A stretch of 64,000 nucleotides of DNA, taken from the NCBI GenBank assembly GCA_965285935.1, contig OZ260663.1:69874001-69938000 (forward strand), written 5' to 3'. This DNA comes from Ophelia neglecta. Taxonomy: Eukaryota. This document shows, in pieces, positions 19,171 through 33,468 of the stretch. A model generated the notes under the pieces. That model was given only the letters and a program-made list of their open reading frames with translations, did not search any database and was not told the DNA's origin. Every line of letters starts with the position of its first letter. The stretch's first letter is position 1. The translations under genes were made by a program, and so were the position numbers.

Positions 19171-22100
19171 TTCCAATAGCGATGTTAACTGCCAAATCCC
19201 GAGGGTGTGGAATTGTGTATTTCCCCTCTTCAAAAAATAATGTCAAAGCAACTCGTCCATCGCGGAATATTTACGGAAGCTGATCTTGAAAACTCAAAGC
19301 GAATTCATGGGCAACTAATGTGGAAGTCGGTTATCTACATACGATTCTAATGTAATGGAAGTCTGGCTTTTGATGTACCTTACATATATATACATAGGGC
19401 CTATATGAAGTTATGAACCCATACCTAAACGTTTTAAGTGTTGAGGCCAGTGTATGAAAGGGTTCACGTATGGCTCGAGGTTTGCTGCCATGTTTCCTTG
19501 GCCTAAGCATTAGCGTGCTAGGTGAAAAACTATCTATAAGACCAACACACTTTTCACGGCCCCCCCCCCCCCCTTTCCTCTGACAAACTATTATGGCCGG
19601 TTCCTCATCAGGCCCCATTGAGTCTTGCCTGAATTTAGCCAATCCACAGCGTATTAAAATAAGTCTAAGGGCCAGAGACAAGTGACAAGACGAAAATAGA
19701 TTCTAATCTAACCTCTGAAATTACGTATTCGTCCGATCAATTGATATCTCACTCTTTCCTGTTCAACATGGTTTGTGAATCCCTCTTCGGGAAGACATTT
19801 TCACCGACCACATCGATTACATGTCAAATTATATGGGCAATGACAGGGGTACTTTTGGCCTGCCAAACTACAGGCATGTTTATTGTTGCTGAACATTGTA
19901 TTAAATGACAGTTTCCTTAATAGATCAGACAGGTCTGTCTCTTATGCAGACTCAAACGGTATTCCCAGATCAGATATCGTGGGCTGGCTTTGTGATAGCA
20001 CTTGATTTGTTACTGATCGGAGAGTATTATTCCTGTCTTTGTGCGAATGCTGTCACTTGCTCTCGAATCTTCTGGGGATTTCTTCGACATCTTTCCCATT
20101 AGTTTCTAGGCCAGGAACACATCTACCTATACTCGGACCATAGACCCGCCGAATCCCTCGGCCGTTTGGTCTCCACGCACTGAGAGTCCAAAAACTCGAT
20201 TGCAGGGAAGGGAACGCATTGATTGCTCCATTCGTTAGTCAGAACAGGAAACTGCAAACCTTCCAAGTTATAATAGACCTTACAGTGTTCTATTGACATT
20301 CGGAACTGTATTGCTGCCAAGAATTGCAAGTGTTATAACAACTTGTTTTTGAGATAAGTCGAGGTCGGCTTGAGGTTGACCGAGAAAGTAATTTAGGAAC
20401 TCAAAGCAGCCGGGTGTGTTTAGAAAGCAATGTATAGAATTTACCGGTATTTGTTTGTACAAGAGTTCCGAACTTAATTCGCAAGCTTAAACATTTAGTT
20501 GAAAAGGCCGCCTGTGAAATGATAGATTATGACTAGGTTTTGAACATAAACATTTAATACTTCCAAAATGACACTACAATACATGTAATAAAGTTGCTAT
20601 ACTATACATGCTAGTATGTATAGATTGACTGATATGATTTTGAAATAAAACACACATAAATGTACGTAACTGAAAAGCTTACTTAATAATGCACATTAAT
20701 TTAACTGGTCAATATCTATCGGCGGGGAAGGGCCGGGCGAATTAGTTTTGGTGAAACTCGACATATTTTACGCCGCAACTTAGATTCGAAAAACAAAATT
20801 TGCAGTGCTCTATACTGGCACCGCAGAGAACGAGGAGTCTCTGTGCTCAGTCCTTGTAAACCATCAACAAAGTTTGAAGCCAATTCCCTGAAAGCCATTG
20901 CAGGTCGAAAAGGATCGGTGTGCTGTAATCTCATATTCTGATCTCGTGTTCTGTGGGAAAGAATAAATAAGCAATCTAGCAGCGAAGTCTAGTACTTCTG
21001 CAGCGATCCTTTAATATGGGTATATAAATGGGTGAAAATCGACACGATCGACATGACTTTAACAGCGCAATAGTTCCTATAGTAGGCCTATATGCCCATT
21101 AGTATCTCTCCAGCAGGCTGCGTGTTTTCATTGACTATGTATTCTAGTTGGCTTCATAAAATAAGCCAATGGGAAAACTTAGAAAAAACGCTTGATAATT
21201 TTATTTCTGCTCACAGAATAAAGGTTTTACTTGTTCTCAAATTTTGAAACGCCATTTTAATATTGTATTAATATTTGTGAAAAACAAATAAAAAATAAAA
21301 AACATACTAGAAAGTAATGCAATGTGGAAAGGATTTACATTTAGGGAGTGTTCATTAGTGAGTGATGTCAAAGGGGAAATGGAAGGGGGGGGGGGGGGGC
21401 GAAGATTTATGATATTAAAAAAAACTTCCCCGCCTCTTAATGGCAACTGAAATCCCCCCCCTTAGAAATAAACTTATGGAAAGTAAAGGAATTTCATATA
21501 TATATATAAACATATATATTGAAATATTGGCTTATCTTTGGCTTTAATGCGGGTTTATAAACCCCTTTAATATGTCCTAAGAATTTGCTTAGATTTTTAC
21601 CCAACTTTTTTTACAATCGAAACACAACAATAATATTGTCTTACACATTGACACACGACATTAAAGGCAGTAAAAAATGACAAAATTTAAGACTTAAGAT
21701 TTTAAGGCCATGTACTAAGTACGTAAGGGTTACCCACAAAAATTTCCACTAATTCCCACATGGAGAACCAAGAATTTTAGGGCCGTTTCCATAATAACCC
21801 CCTAAAAACAGATACCTTGTTGCAGACTTGTTTTGAAAGAATCCAGGGTGTTTCAACTACATGGATGATTTTATGGATATATACATGTCTTATCCAACAA
21901 ATACTAGTGACACAGTGACAACCGTTTCCCAATTCAAGGTCAAGGTCACTAGGTGTTGCCGAGGCCAATGTAAACTTTCATTATGTTCTTATGTTTCATC
22001 TTTGTATCAGTTAAATTAAGAATATGAACATAGGGAATATTTAATTCAGAACTCTAACGGATCCTTTACATATTATGTTAAATTAAAAACAGAGATATTC

Positions 22101-22294
22101 CTACTTGTTCCTTCATACGAAAGCATTTTCAGAGCAGTTTCAATCGTAACCTCCCAAAAAATGTTTACAACAGAAATTAATTAATGTAGCCCGACACGGT
22201 GAAGTGTTCCAAAAAATACTTACCAAATGTAACTAAAGAAAGTTATCAGAAAGGGGTTAATATGAAGCAATGCTTGTCGGGCCAGATGGCTTCC

Positions 22295-22367
22295 CCCCCC
22301 CGGGGGGGGGCACTGAGGTATACTGAGGTAATCACATCCAGACTGAGTGCCCCCCCCCCCCCCCGGG
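22295..22367. mobile_element. 73-bp miniature member of the CCC-Gn-CACT / AGTG-Cn-GGG family, 8-bp TSD
   Basis: TGGCTTCC at 22287-22294 and 22368-22375; same termini as 2078-2440 but an unrelated ~31-bp core. Confidence 0.85.
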
Positions 22368-24706
22368 TGGCTTCCTTGGGGAATTTAGTCTCTCCTTAAA
22401 AGTGCGGAATCCTAGCTACCGCCGGTAGTGAAAACATACATACATGTACATACATACACGCGACACACACTATCAGATGAATTCAATGAAGCTGAAAATG
22501 TCCTAGTTTTTTCTGACGTTTTAGTACTAGAGATTTAACTGTCTGGGGAGCATATATGGCGTTAATGCGAGCATCCGCAGCCATGAGGAGGTGATCTAGC
22601 AGGGCAGGAATATTGCTAGGCTAGCAAGCATTCACATTTATATCGGAAAGAAGATATTCTTAAACAAAAAGATGTCAATACTACGCTCATTTCGGGTTAT
22701 TAAAGTCATGTGTAGTCTGCATGCATGGTTGAAAAATCCAAAGAGGGTAAAATAAGATTATGATCCATTTCATATCTCTAAATTACATTAGACTAACATC
22801 ATTGCTCTTCATAACAAAAGTTCGATTCTCTGGTCACAGTGGGTGACATATTTTTTGATTTGGAGTGAGGTATGATTGCATGAATAAATCCAAGCGTGCC
22901 CAATTCTCACATTCAATGAGAAGACAGTGGCCCTGGACGCGCTTGGTTCGAGTCCCTTCGAGTCCCTTGAAATCGGTATACCAAATCTTCACACGCAGTA
23001 TCCTTGCTAGCAACATTACCTAAGGTACTGTTGCTAATTTCATTCACATATATATGTGATTAGAAAATATAAAATCGACCTATTGATTATATGCCCCATC
23101 GTTCGGAAGAATCGAGTTGAATCTCGATGGCCTTTTTGCGGATCTTTCTGACAAGGATTTGAGCCCAACAGGCTAAAGTGCATTTACCTGATGTACTTGG
23201 CTGTCTTACCCTATTTTAAAGCATTGTTCGTCTTCCAGTTCGTTTCCTACTACCCCGCTTGCTTTAAAAATGACATACTTTCATTATTTATATTGGAATA
23301 AAAACAACCGCTGCAAACCACGCAGAAGATGGGAATTGAGTTGAACCATTAATTCCTAAATGACAGTGTATTGCAATGAAAATTGGCTTTATTTTTTTGA
23401 TAATTACGGCACTCAAAGTGTACGCCTCCTGCGATGGCAAAAAATAAATTGTTGCCTTTGGCAACCACCGGCCCGTTATTTCAGTTACATTTGCTAGGAG
23501 ATGCTATATGGAAGTAAGACTCGATCATCATAAACATCCATCCAGCCAAATTGTCCCAAATTATCAGCCTGTTACTTTTCGGACACAACTAGTGGCGCAA
23601 GCAATTATTTTCGGTGCATCGTATTCATTAATCATTACTTTTTCTTTGCTTAACTTGACTATAATTGAAGCAATAAACATTCCCCGAGCTCCTTTACCTA
23701 TTGTATATAAGTATTGTCAAAATACTGATCGAGGAACAAAAGACTGTCTCGTTTACGAGTAACAAAAGCGATGAAATTAAAAGTCTGCCCAGGCAATCGA
23801 CTTTTTTTGCAGGTAGCAAGTCAAGTGTTGTGCTAGGTAGCGAATTTCATGTTTTGATCACATATTAAAACTTCATCAACTATCCTCTTGCATGTTCATA
23901 CACAAGGCGCCGTATCTTAGACGCTTGTTAGCCTGCCGCCTTCTCGGGAGGCGAGGGGTAAGTGGCGGGTGTGTAGTTGGCATAGGGCGAGGGGACGATT
24001 TGAGGAATGGTACTGACTAGCATTCATTACCAATTAGGACCTCTATCCCTCAATACCATGGATTTATTATCCAAGTTAAAGATAACCCGTGTTGCCACAA
24101 GTTTCAAGGATGTGTTAATATACTGTGGTAATCAAACATATTATGGTGAAATCGTTTAGTACGGTTAGTTGCTTCCTGACATCCCCAGACCCTGTTTTGT
24201 TGTCAATGCAGTACATAGAACAACTGTCGACAACTGATGGCGAAATCCTAGAAACAGGCCTACAAGGCGGAAACAATTAAGTTCATGTCATCGGCGGAAC
24301 AGACTGACATGTATTTCAGAGGTCACTTATTCTTAATGGAAAAGGCCAAGTTGTAGATAGAATCCACATTTATGAAGCCGCACAACGACTATATTCGTGT
24401 CTGCATGGCTACCATATTCCTGCACCTTTTAGACCAACCACTCCACGCTTTCAGTTTTTATGAAATACGAAAATTGGCAAAAGCTATTACAAATGATGAA
24501 GTTAAGTGATAAAAGCGTCCCCCATTACGGCTGAGGACATGGCCCAAAATGACATTTTGTTGAGACATGTCCACCTAAATACAATTTATCTATTAAATGT
24601 CGGGCCGGTCTGTTGATGAGACGCCACTTGCATATAATGTAGGTCTACTAGTAAATAATAGCCTAGTATCTACTGTATGTTTATCTGCCTCCAACTTTTT
24701 GTTGTT

Positions 24707-24904
24707 TGTAATACTTGCTTATGTTGAGTGTAATACTTGCTTATGTTGAGTGTAATACTTTCTTATGTCGAGTGTAAAACTTGCTTATGTTGAGTGTAAT
24801 ACTTGATTATTTTGAGTGTAATACTTGCTTATGTTGAGTTTAATACTTGCTTATGTTGAGTGTAATACTCACTTATGATAAAGGTGATACTTCGTTATGT
24901 TGAA
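24707..24904. repeat. Minisatellite, 22-bp unit TGTAATACTTGCTTATGTTGAG x ~9
   Basis: Head-to-tail units every 22 nt from 24707; the last two are degenerate; no spacers. Confidence 0.95.
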
Positions 24905-27900
24905 CATAATATTTGTTTCTTTGTGTAATATTTGCTCGATCTATTTCTTTGTTTGTCCATGTTCTATCCATCAGTTCATTTAATTTAAAATCGTACCGAT
25001 AAAGTAGGGTTGGACCACTAGATTAGCCATGCTCTAGTCAAGTCAAATCAAGTGAAGAGTATTTATTTAAACAAGCCTACAGATTCTATACAAGCGATAT
25101 TGTAGAGGATGACAGGCGAACTTTGGTCATTTATATCTTATCCTCAAGAATTCATTGACCCAGGACCATTCCCTTTAAGACAATCTCATATTATGACCTC
25201 ATTCTCTCTAGGAGTCTATATCGGATTTTGTAGACTGAGAAGCAGAAGGGTTTTACAACAAAGCCTTTCTACCGGCTGGTTGTTGCAGACGACAATAGTC
25301 TTGGCCTCTGTATTATCCTGAATCCTCTTGACGATCGAGTGATCCATCCTTTTACGCTCCATTGGTATGCTTTACAGCATGTTAATTAATAATATTGGAC
25401 TCCAAGACACAGTCGTAAAAAAATCGATAGCCGAGCTACCTCACCCTATTTGCTCTAGAACTACATCTCACTTGATCAAAAAACAACAGCGTTTTCCCAA
25501 GAGTGGCTGTCTAATATTGTCTCTTCACCCGTTCGCTTAAGTGAACGGAAAAAAAAACTCATAAAGTTTCAGGGAAGTCTTTCCATGATATTGCCGCGTC
25601 AGGTGTTTTTTTTAAAGATTTACCTACTTGTCCCAAACTTGTTGCATGGATTTAATTATGTACCATTATGCTCTTTTCAAATTCAGCTTCATAAAACATT
25701 AGAAAACTCCTTTTAACGCAAATTGGCCACAGAATATATACGTACATCTTCCTGCGTAGCTAGTCTATGTGAAGTGAAGACATGGATGTGAGGTCAAGAC
25801 ATGGATGAAACTAAACTTCTTTAGTTCTTTTACCATTAACACCGCCGTAGGCCTACTCTCTGTCTATCTCTGTCTCTGTCTCACTCTCTCTCCTAATAGG
25901 GGCACAGAAGTTTTGACTGAGCCACTAGGAAGCATTGAATTGTGTCCACGATGTCGTTTCAAAATTTGCACCAACCCCGGATGTATCTAAAACCCCCCTT
26001 CCACACAATAGTTTATTCTAATTGAAAAAGCATGATATTGTAACACACTTCTATATACATGTATTTGCATTCACTAATGTACGCATTATTAGGTAAGACT
26101 CACGCCCATTTACTTTGATTGGATTTATATAATCTTATAAAACAAGCCGCAACCAATCGAATGAACTTATTAAAAAAAACGAATTTTTCTATCACTAAAT
26201 AAAATGCAAGGACTCTTATTTTAAGATTAAACAGATGACAATCGGTAGCCTTGCTGACAGTACGTGTTAGACATGCCACGATACATTGCTCCACAGAGGT
26301 CTCATCCTGCATGTTCGTGTGGTATTGAAAGGCGAGAGAAGGATGAAGACGCCAATAGCCCGCTCATGAGTGAGCATTCGATGCCCAATTGGGCGCTCGC
26401 GCCTCGGAATTAATTGACCCCGTATTAATTGTTTTCCATGTCAATGATTAAGGTACACGTTAGAGTAATGTTAGAGATACCTGACAAATGGGCGATCTTG
26501 ATCATGGTGCTGCCTACTGAGCAGTTCCCAAGTACAGGAAATCACATCGTGTAGGCTTCAAGGGTGTTTCAAGAGCATGTAGAGATCCGGAAGTGAACAC
26601 AGGCGACCCCTTTAAATCATGGTGATTATCGGCAGTTTCCGGTTACTAATGGCTATAGGAGGTGCATCTCGTCTGCCATTCACTGTCTCCGAAATCAAAG
26701 CCGTGACCTAAATCGTAAAAAGCAACTGCAATCCTGGTAAAGTACTCTGATCATTGGTGTGGCCATGATTACTCACCGTTCAGTAAGTTTGTCCTTGCCA
26801 CAACCGACTGTAATACAAGATTGCCAAGAGTTAAATACACAATCTGTTAATGACCTGCCGCATGCGGCGAACAGGCTTGATACTGAGGGTAAAGTTTTAA
26901 TCACTCTGCGACCGAGTTGCTTTGGGCCTTAATTCTGAGGTAAAAATGAACGCAGCTGAAAAAAATATCATGAACCTTGTAATTGTAGTTATAAGTCTAT
27001 TTTGTAATTTTGGCGATGACTGGACAAAGCCAGGACTACTTTTAAAAGTCACACAGACGTTCTTTTTTTAGACATATCACTAAAGAAAGCACCTGAGAGG
27101 ATGTTATCAGATTACATGGATCTATCGTCTAATTATACATTCTAATTGATATGTAAAGCCTATAATGTCCTGTTTTATGTATAATCAACTATAACAGTTG
27201 TTTTATATTGAGTGAATAAGCAACTTTCTTGTTTGATATGCTATATGGTTGCCTTATAGTACAGGAATCATAGTATTTTTTAAAACTTATATTTAGTGTA
27301 TGGATTCTCGAAGCAATCTTAAACATGTATGGCCACAGCGTCACAAAACCTTTTTGGCCGCCATTTTTTGTTTAACTCGCAGAATAACAGAGACAGCTCG
27401 CGAAATCACATGGACTTCAAAGCCTTTTGCTGAGATTGCTTAGTACAAAGGGCGGCGATGACGCCTGGTTATTCTTACAGACGAAACGGTCGGGTATAGA
27501 CCTAAATCATAAGAAACAAATAACGCTTGCGACCTTCGAAGACTGTGCACCATATAATCCAGATATACCCCAAGTCTACAGACCTTAATCAGCGTGGCTG
27601 GTGTTTTAAATGTATAGGCCTATCCAGTAATGATTATAATTGCAATATTGAGTATAAGAAGTTGACCAACTGCAGCCCGGGACTTATTTACTTTAAACAC
27701 AGATGAGGGAGAATACGATTAAGTGGATTTATATCGTCGTTTGACCCTGCCAAATTCAAAATGGTGTCACTATCCAGCACAACTGCCGAGCGGCCGCCTG
27801 CTTTCTTGTTCATTTCCGTATTTTCAGATAATTCAATGATGGGATATTGCCTTTGATCATCTGATCTGACTTATTTATGAGACTCGCGAGGCGTAACCTG

Positions 27901-28875
27901 ATTACTAATGTGAAGTTATTCTGGACGGGACCTTTACTTCCGTTTGTCTTTCGACTAACTGGTTTAATATTGAGGAGAACAGAGTTGCGTTGTGGGATGA
28001 GAAAATAACCTACTGAACGTAAGAGAGGGAGCGAGAGATTGATTTGATGATATGAGAGAAAGAAAAAGAACAGACTATAATATTATGGAGAGAAGACGAT
28101 GGGAAGGGCAAGGCAGACGATGGGGCGAGCAGGAGGGCAACAGCGAGGGAAGCAAACGACAATTAAATTCCCTTGCACTCCTTGGCGGGAGTATGTTAAT
28201 TGACTCTGGAATGTGCTGCTCTTTGAGTTCCATACAAAAGGAACCCCGATGAAAACCCATTAGCCAAACTTTAAGCCAGTGGAATTGCGTTGACATAATT
28301 CTAGACTAGACCAATGCGTGATACTTGTACACGATCAGTAAACTGCTAAAAGGGCAAAATATAAAGCTATAACTAGAGCAATACTATAGAAACCCGCTAA
28401 AAATGACAAAACTGCACCATTACCGAATGCATACATCGGCACTAGCTCAAATTCATGTACCTATAAAGTCAGGATGATATTTTTTGAGGAGCTTTCCCGA
28501 CCCAGGGAGCTAAATAATTTTCCACGTATTATATAATGTACTAGTAATTAGGGAAAAGGACACCTTATATGGGATAGGCCCACTTGCAACGATAATCTCA
28601 ATTTATGGTTTGGGTTAAGAAACTTGTCCTTGTCCCGTATAATAGAATTTAGATTCGCATTTTAAAATAATCAACCAGAGCTTTGTCCACCATACTGGCT
28701 TGTGCAGCTGCCAAGCGATCCATTCTTCAATTAAGAAAGTGTCAGTCAAAATAATGTTACCGATTTTAAATTGAACGCTCTATTTCAGGATGCTATATCG
28801 TATCTGTTATCGTGGCCTGTCACGGATAACCCCACCATGTATACCTATACTTGGTGTGGTTAATTCGCATTGGCG

Positions 28876-30682
28876 GTGATAAAATTGAAACAAACGTTGG
28901 CGAATCTACCTTTCAGAAAAATCTTAAGACATATTTATTGGCGGATTCAAATGGTTAAGGCTTGTTGCCCTGTCTGAATGCTGCCCTGTCTATGCTTCTA
29001 CCAACTAAGGCAAATGTTTTGTGCGCTTTGACGTAATTTAATTAAATGTAATGGTATGTGAAGAGACACATATTGTTTATTAATTATTATTCATTGTTTC
29101 GTGTCTTACATGTACACAATCGGTTTCAATGATTTGCGTCGAGTAAATCAGCAGACTTTGTTGTTACTTACCCAGATAGGCAGATAAGGGCCGCTGAATG
29201 TGTTTGACCAGTAAGTGAATACCTAAGGCTATCCTACCATTTTCTACGGGGAGATTGATTGACAATTTCGTTTAGTCTGTGGTTTCACACGGAGCGAGAA
29301 AGTGGTGGATTGAGCTGAGGTATTAGTGTCACCGTTCGCTCTGTCTATCTATTGGACCCCAGTTATTTTATTAGCCTCACTCATTCCACATAAGAGGATT
29401 TAATTTTTGCGTTAGCATCTAAAGACCTCGTGACTTTATGTGAACAATGTTAGCAGCAGCAGGTGGCGGGTTAGCTTTTTTCTTCGCTTTTTGGCATCAC
29501 AATAAACCTCATATAATGCACAAGTAGGCCTATTAGATGTTAGCTATCTTACAGCAAAATAGCAGCCTGTTAGCCGCAAAGCCTGACTTTTCTCTACAAT
29601 ACCAGACATAACTTGATAAAGCCTCGTTATTATATTGATAATGATGACATTGAGAGAACATTACACCCATTGAGATACGTGCTCATTAAACGTAGGAAGG
29701 CACAGACCTCCACCTAAATTTGCTAAGTGTTATATGCATGAAGGAGGAAGACATGGGTCGTTAAATCGGTGGCAGTAGGCCCTAGGGATGGAGATGTGTG
29801 GATGTATTTTATTTATAAAATGACACGTCTTACAATGACAGAGGATATAAGCAATACATGTATAATACGAGACCCAACCCAACCTTGGTTTATATGTCAC
29901 TACTGAGATAATGGAGGCCAATGCAGCCTTTTATATATTGATGGCCCTGTATCAGCTATGCTGGTTTCATAGGGAACCAGATACATACACAATATATATT
30001 AAAGTACAAATAATTTACAAAATAAAAAAAGACACGTCGCAAATATTAACTGAATACAATAGGATAACTAAATTCAGTGTTAACCATATAAATTACCATA
30101 ACACTTAATTAGGAAAGGGTTATATAAGTAAATTAATAATTACAAGTAATTTGTAAACTTTTTTGTGGTGCTCCATTTCCCGCAAGTCAAAGGAGACTTC
30201 ATTCCATAGCAACGGAGTGTGATAGGCAAAGGACATTTTTTGAAAATTAACAATAGACAAATGATTGCCTGTGGCTACTTTGCCTATAGCCTATCTCCTA
30301 TAAACACCGAATAGGCTTGTTGTAAGTTACAATTTTCTTTAGCAATCCTTGTCTGCATGGACACTTCTAAGTAATAAAGTTTACCTGTTTTTGTTTTAAA
30401 ACATATATAAAAATAATTATAAGCGAAAACAGCAGATGAGACATGATTATTCATGATTATACCTTCGAGGCTCCCCCCAAGCGCCCCCCCCCCCCCCCTG
30501 TCTTTATGAAATGAAGAGATGGGTGAGAAGGTTAAGGACTTCTCGCCTCATCGATTATTCATTTAAATTCAAACGACTCGCGTCTGTGGACGGCATCATT
30601 GTATGTTTATATTAGTATATACACGATAGCGTATCGTAATTAATCCGAGTTTGGTCCCGTCTCTATTAGACGGATATAATGG
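28876..30682 (+). repeat. Direct segmental duplication, copy 1 (~1.8 kb)
   Basis: Colinear with 31654-33468 from gtgataaaattgaaacaaacg to ctctattagacggatataatgg. Confidence 0.97.
29980..30310 (-). mobile_element. CR1/L2-like LINE 3' fragment inside duplication copy 1
   Basis: Minus strand reads QKMSFAYHTPLLWNEVSFDLREM, matching the SF.Y..P.LWN.L...LR C-terminal pattern of CR1/L2 ORF2. Boundaries approximate. Confidence 0.55.
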
Positions 30683-30699
30683 TAGACATAAAAACCTAG

Positions 30700-31870
30700 T
30701 TTTAGAGCCAGACACAGTACTGAAATTAAACTGGTGATGGCAGATAGGCCTATAACTGCTAGCTAAGGATGATGCTGTATCAGGTATTTACCCATATTTT
30801 CAAAAGGCTTTCGATGCAATTAATCATAGAATTCTTTGGGTTAAATAAATATGGTATATGTGGTGTTTCATACACCTGGATTAAAAGCAACTTATTAGGC
30901 CACTAACAGTGTGAATCATTTAATAACTCGTTATCAGATAATAAATTAATTGCTTGTGGTGTGCCACAGGGCTCTATATTAGTCCCCTTATTGTTTTTAC
31001 TGAACGTTAATGATATTGTTAATTAATGTTTCCTCACTGCTATATCATATCTTTTCTGAGGATGATAATAATTTGTTAACTGTTGGTAAAATTAGAAAAT
31101 ATGGTTCCAACTTTAAATCTATAATTAGAAAAAAGTGAAAAACCCTTAAACGCCAAAAAAACCACACACATTTTTTTTATGATGTCCTGTTGTGAGGTCC
31201 TTATTGGTAATTCAAAATAGGACAGGTAAATACTACAGAAAATGCGGCTGTTCTAACTGACTATAGACTTTCTTGGTCTAAACACATAATTATAGTATAC
31301 ATCAAAATATATTTGTGTATCTTTATTTTTAATTACTTGTGTAGAGGTTTGGGCTGAACCTCTGAATCTGCTCTTAGTAAGTAGTTAAATTAAAACCTAA
31401 AGTTATTAAAGTCACAATTTTACCTTACATAAGATAATACTACTCATCTTGAGAAAGGTCAAATTTGTACACGTGTACTATATGTACAAGTATCTTAAGG
31501 ACATGTAGCCCGACACTTACGAAGTTTATTCTTATAGTTGTGTTCATAATTATTCAACCTTATTGTTACATGTGCCAATAGGTAAACTAGGCCCTACCTG
31601 TTTCACAAAACTCACTTAGATAGCAGAGCGTTAAAATTATGGAATGGTATAAAGTGATAAAATTGAAACAAACGATGGCGAATCTACCTTTCAGAAAAAT
31701 CTTCAGACATATTTATTGGCGGATTCAAATGGTTAAGGCTTGTTGCCCTGTCTGAATGCTGCCCTGTCTATGCTTCTACCAACTAAGGCAAATGTTATGT
31801 GCGCTTTGCCGTAATTTTGATTAAATGTAATGGTGTGTGAAGAGACAATAAATAAATTAAATCGAATTAT
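30700..31870 (+). mobile_element. Decayed 5'-truncated CR1/L2-group LINE (reverse transcriptase pseudogene plus 3' end)
   Basis: Broken frames read GIYPYFQKAFDAINHRIL, YGICG..WIKS, CGVPQGSILVPLLFLLNVND and a decayed FADD (EDDNNL). C-terminal 'LWNGI..STFQKNLQTYLL' is followed by an AATAAATAAA tail at ~31847. Multiple stops and frameshifts. Confidence 0.88.
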
Positions 31871-33468
31871 ATCGAGGGAAGTTTGTTTATTAATTATTAT
31901 TCATAGTTTCGTGTCTTACAGGTACACAATCGGTTTCAATGATTTGCGTCGAGTAAATCGGCAGACTTTATTATTACTTACCCTGATAGGCAGATAAATG
32001 CCGCTGAATGTGTTTGACCAGTAAGTGAATACCTAAGGCTATTCTACCATGTTGTACGGCCATATTGATTGACAATTTCGTTTAGTCTGTGGCTTCACAC
32101 AGAGCGCGAAAGTGGTGGATTGAGCTGAGGTATTAGTGTCACCTTTTGCTCTGTCTATCTATTGGGCCACAGTTATTATATTAGCCTCACTCATTCCACA
32201 TAAGAGGATTTAATTTTTGCGTCAGCATCTAAAGACCTCGTGACTTTATGGGAATAATGTTAGCAGCAGCAGGTGGCGGGTTAGCTTTTTTCTTCGCTTT
32301 TTCATAATAAACCTCATATAATGCACAAGTAGGCCTATTAGATGTTAGCTATCTCACCGCAACATAGCAAGCCTGACTTTCCTCCACAATACTAGACATA
32401 AATTGATAAAGCCTCGTTATTTTATTGTTAATGATGACATTGAGAGAACATTACACCTATTGAGATAGGTGCTCATAAAATGTACGAAGGCACGCACCTC
32501 CACCTAAAGTTGCTAAGTGTTATATATGCATGTATGAAGACATTGGCTGTTAAATCGATGGCAGTAGGCCCAAGGGATGGAGATGTGTGGATGTAATTAT
32601 TTATTGAAGTGACATGTCTTACAATAACAGAGGATTTAAGCAATACTTGTATAACAACAAGACCCAACCCAACCTTGGTTTATATGTCACTACTGAGATA
32701 ATGCAGGCAGATGCAGACTTTTATATATTGATGGCACTGTATCAGCTATGCTGTTTTTCATAGGGGACCAGATACATACACAATATATACTAAAGTACAA
32801 ATAATTTACAAAATAAAAAAGTCACGTCGTAAATATTATCGGAATACAATAGGATTACTAAATTCAGTGCTAACCATATAAATTACCATAACACTTAATT
32901 AGGAAAGGGTTATATAAGTAATTTAATAATTACAAGTAATTTGTAAACTTTTTTGTGGTGCTCCATTTCCCGCAAGTCAAAGGAGACTTCATTCCATAGC
33001 AACGGAGTGTGATAGGCAAAGGACATTTTTTGAAAATTAACAATAGGCAAATGATTGCCTGTGGCTACTTTGCCTATAGCCTATCTCCTATAAACACCGA
33101 ATAGGCTTGTTGTAAGTTACAATTTTCTTTAGCAATCCTTGTCTGCATGGACACTTCTAAGTAATAAAGTTTACCTGTTTTTGTTTTAAAACATATATAA
33201 AAATAATTATAAGCGAAAACAGCAGATGAGACATGATTATTCATGATTATACCTTCGAGGCTTCCCCCAAGCGCCCCCCCCCCCTGTCTTTATGAAATGA
33301 AGAGATGGGTGAGAAGGTCAAGGACTTCTCGCCTCATCGATTATTTATTTAAATTCAAACTACTCGCGTCTGTGGACGGCATCATTGTATGTTTATATTA
33401 GTATATACACGATAGCGTATCGTAATTAATCCGAGTTTGGTCCCGTCTCTATTAGACGGATATAATGG
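31654..33468 (+). repeat. Direct segmental duplication, copy 2 (~1.8 kb)
   Basis: Colinear with 28876-30682. Confidence 0.97.
32770..33100 (-). mobile_element. CR1/L2-like LINE 3' fragment inside duplication copy 2
   Basis: Duplicate of 29980-30310. Confidence 0.55.

Noticed and set aside
22920-22970. tRNA gene (GGTTCGAGTCCC B-box)
   Set aside because: No properly spaced A-box and no cloverleaf.
24707-24904. CRISPR-like array
   Set aside because: Units are contiguous with no unique spacers, there are no cas genes, and the context is eukaryotic.
28876-33468. LTR retrotransposon
   Set aside because: The RT is of non-LTR CR1/L2 type, and the repeats lack TG..CA, PBS, PPT and TSD.
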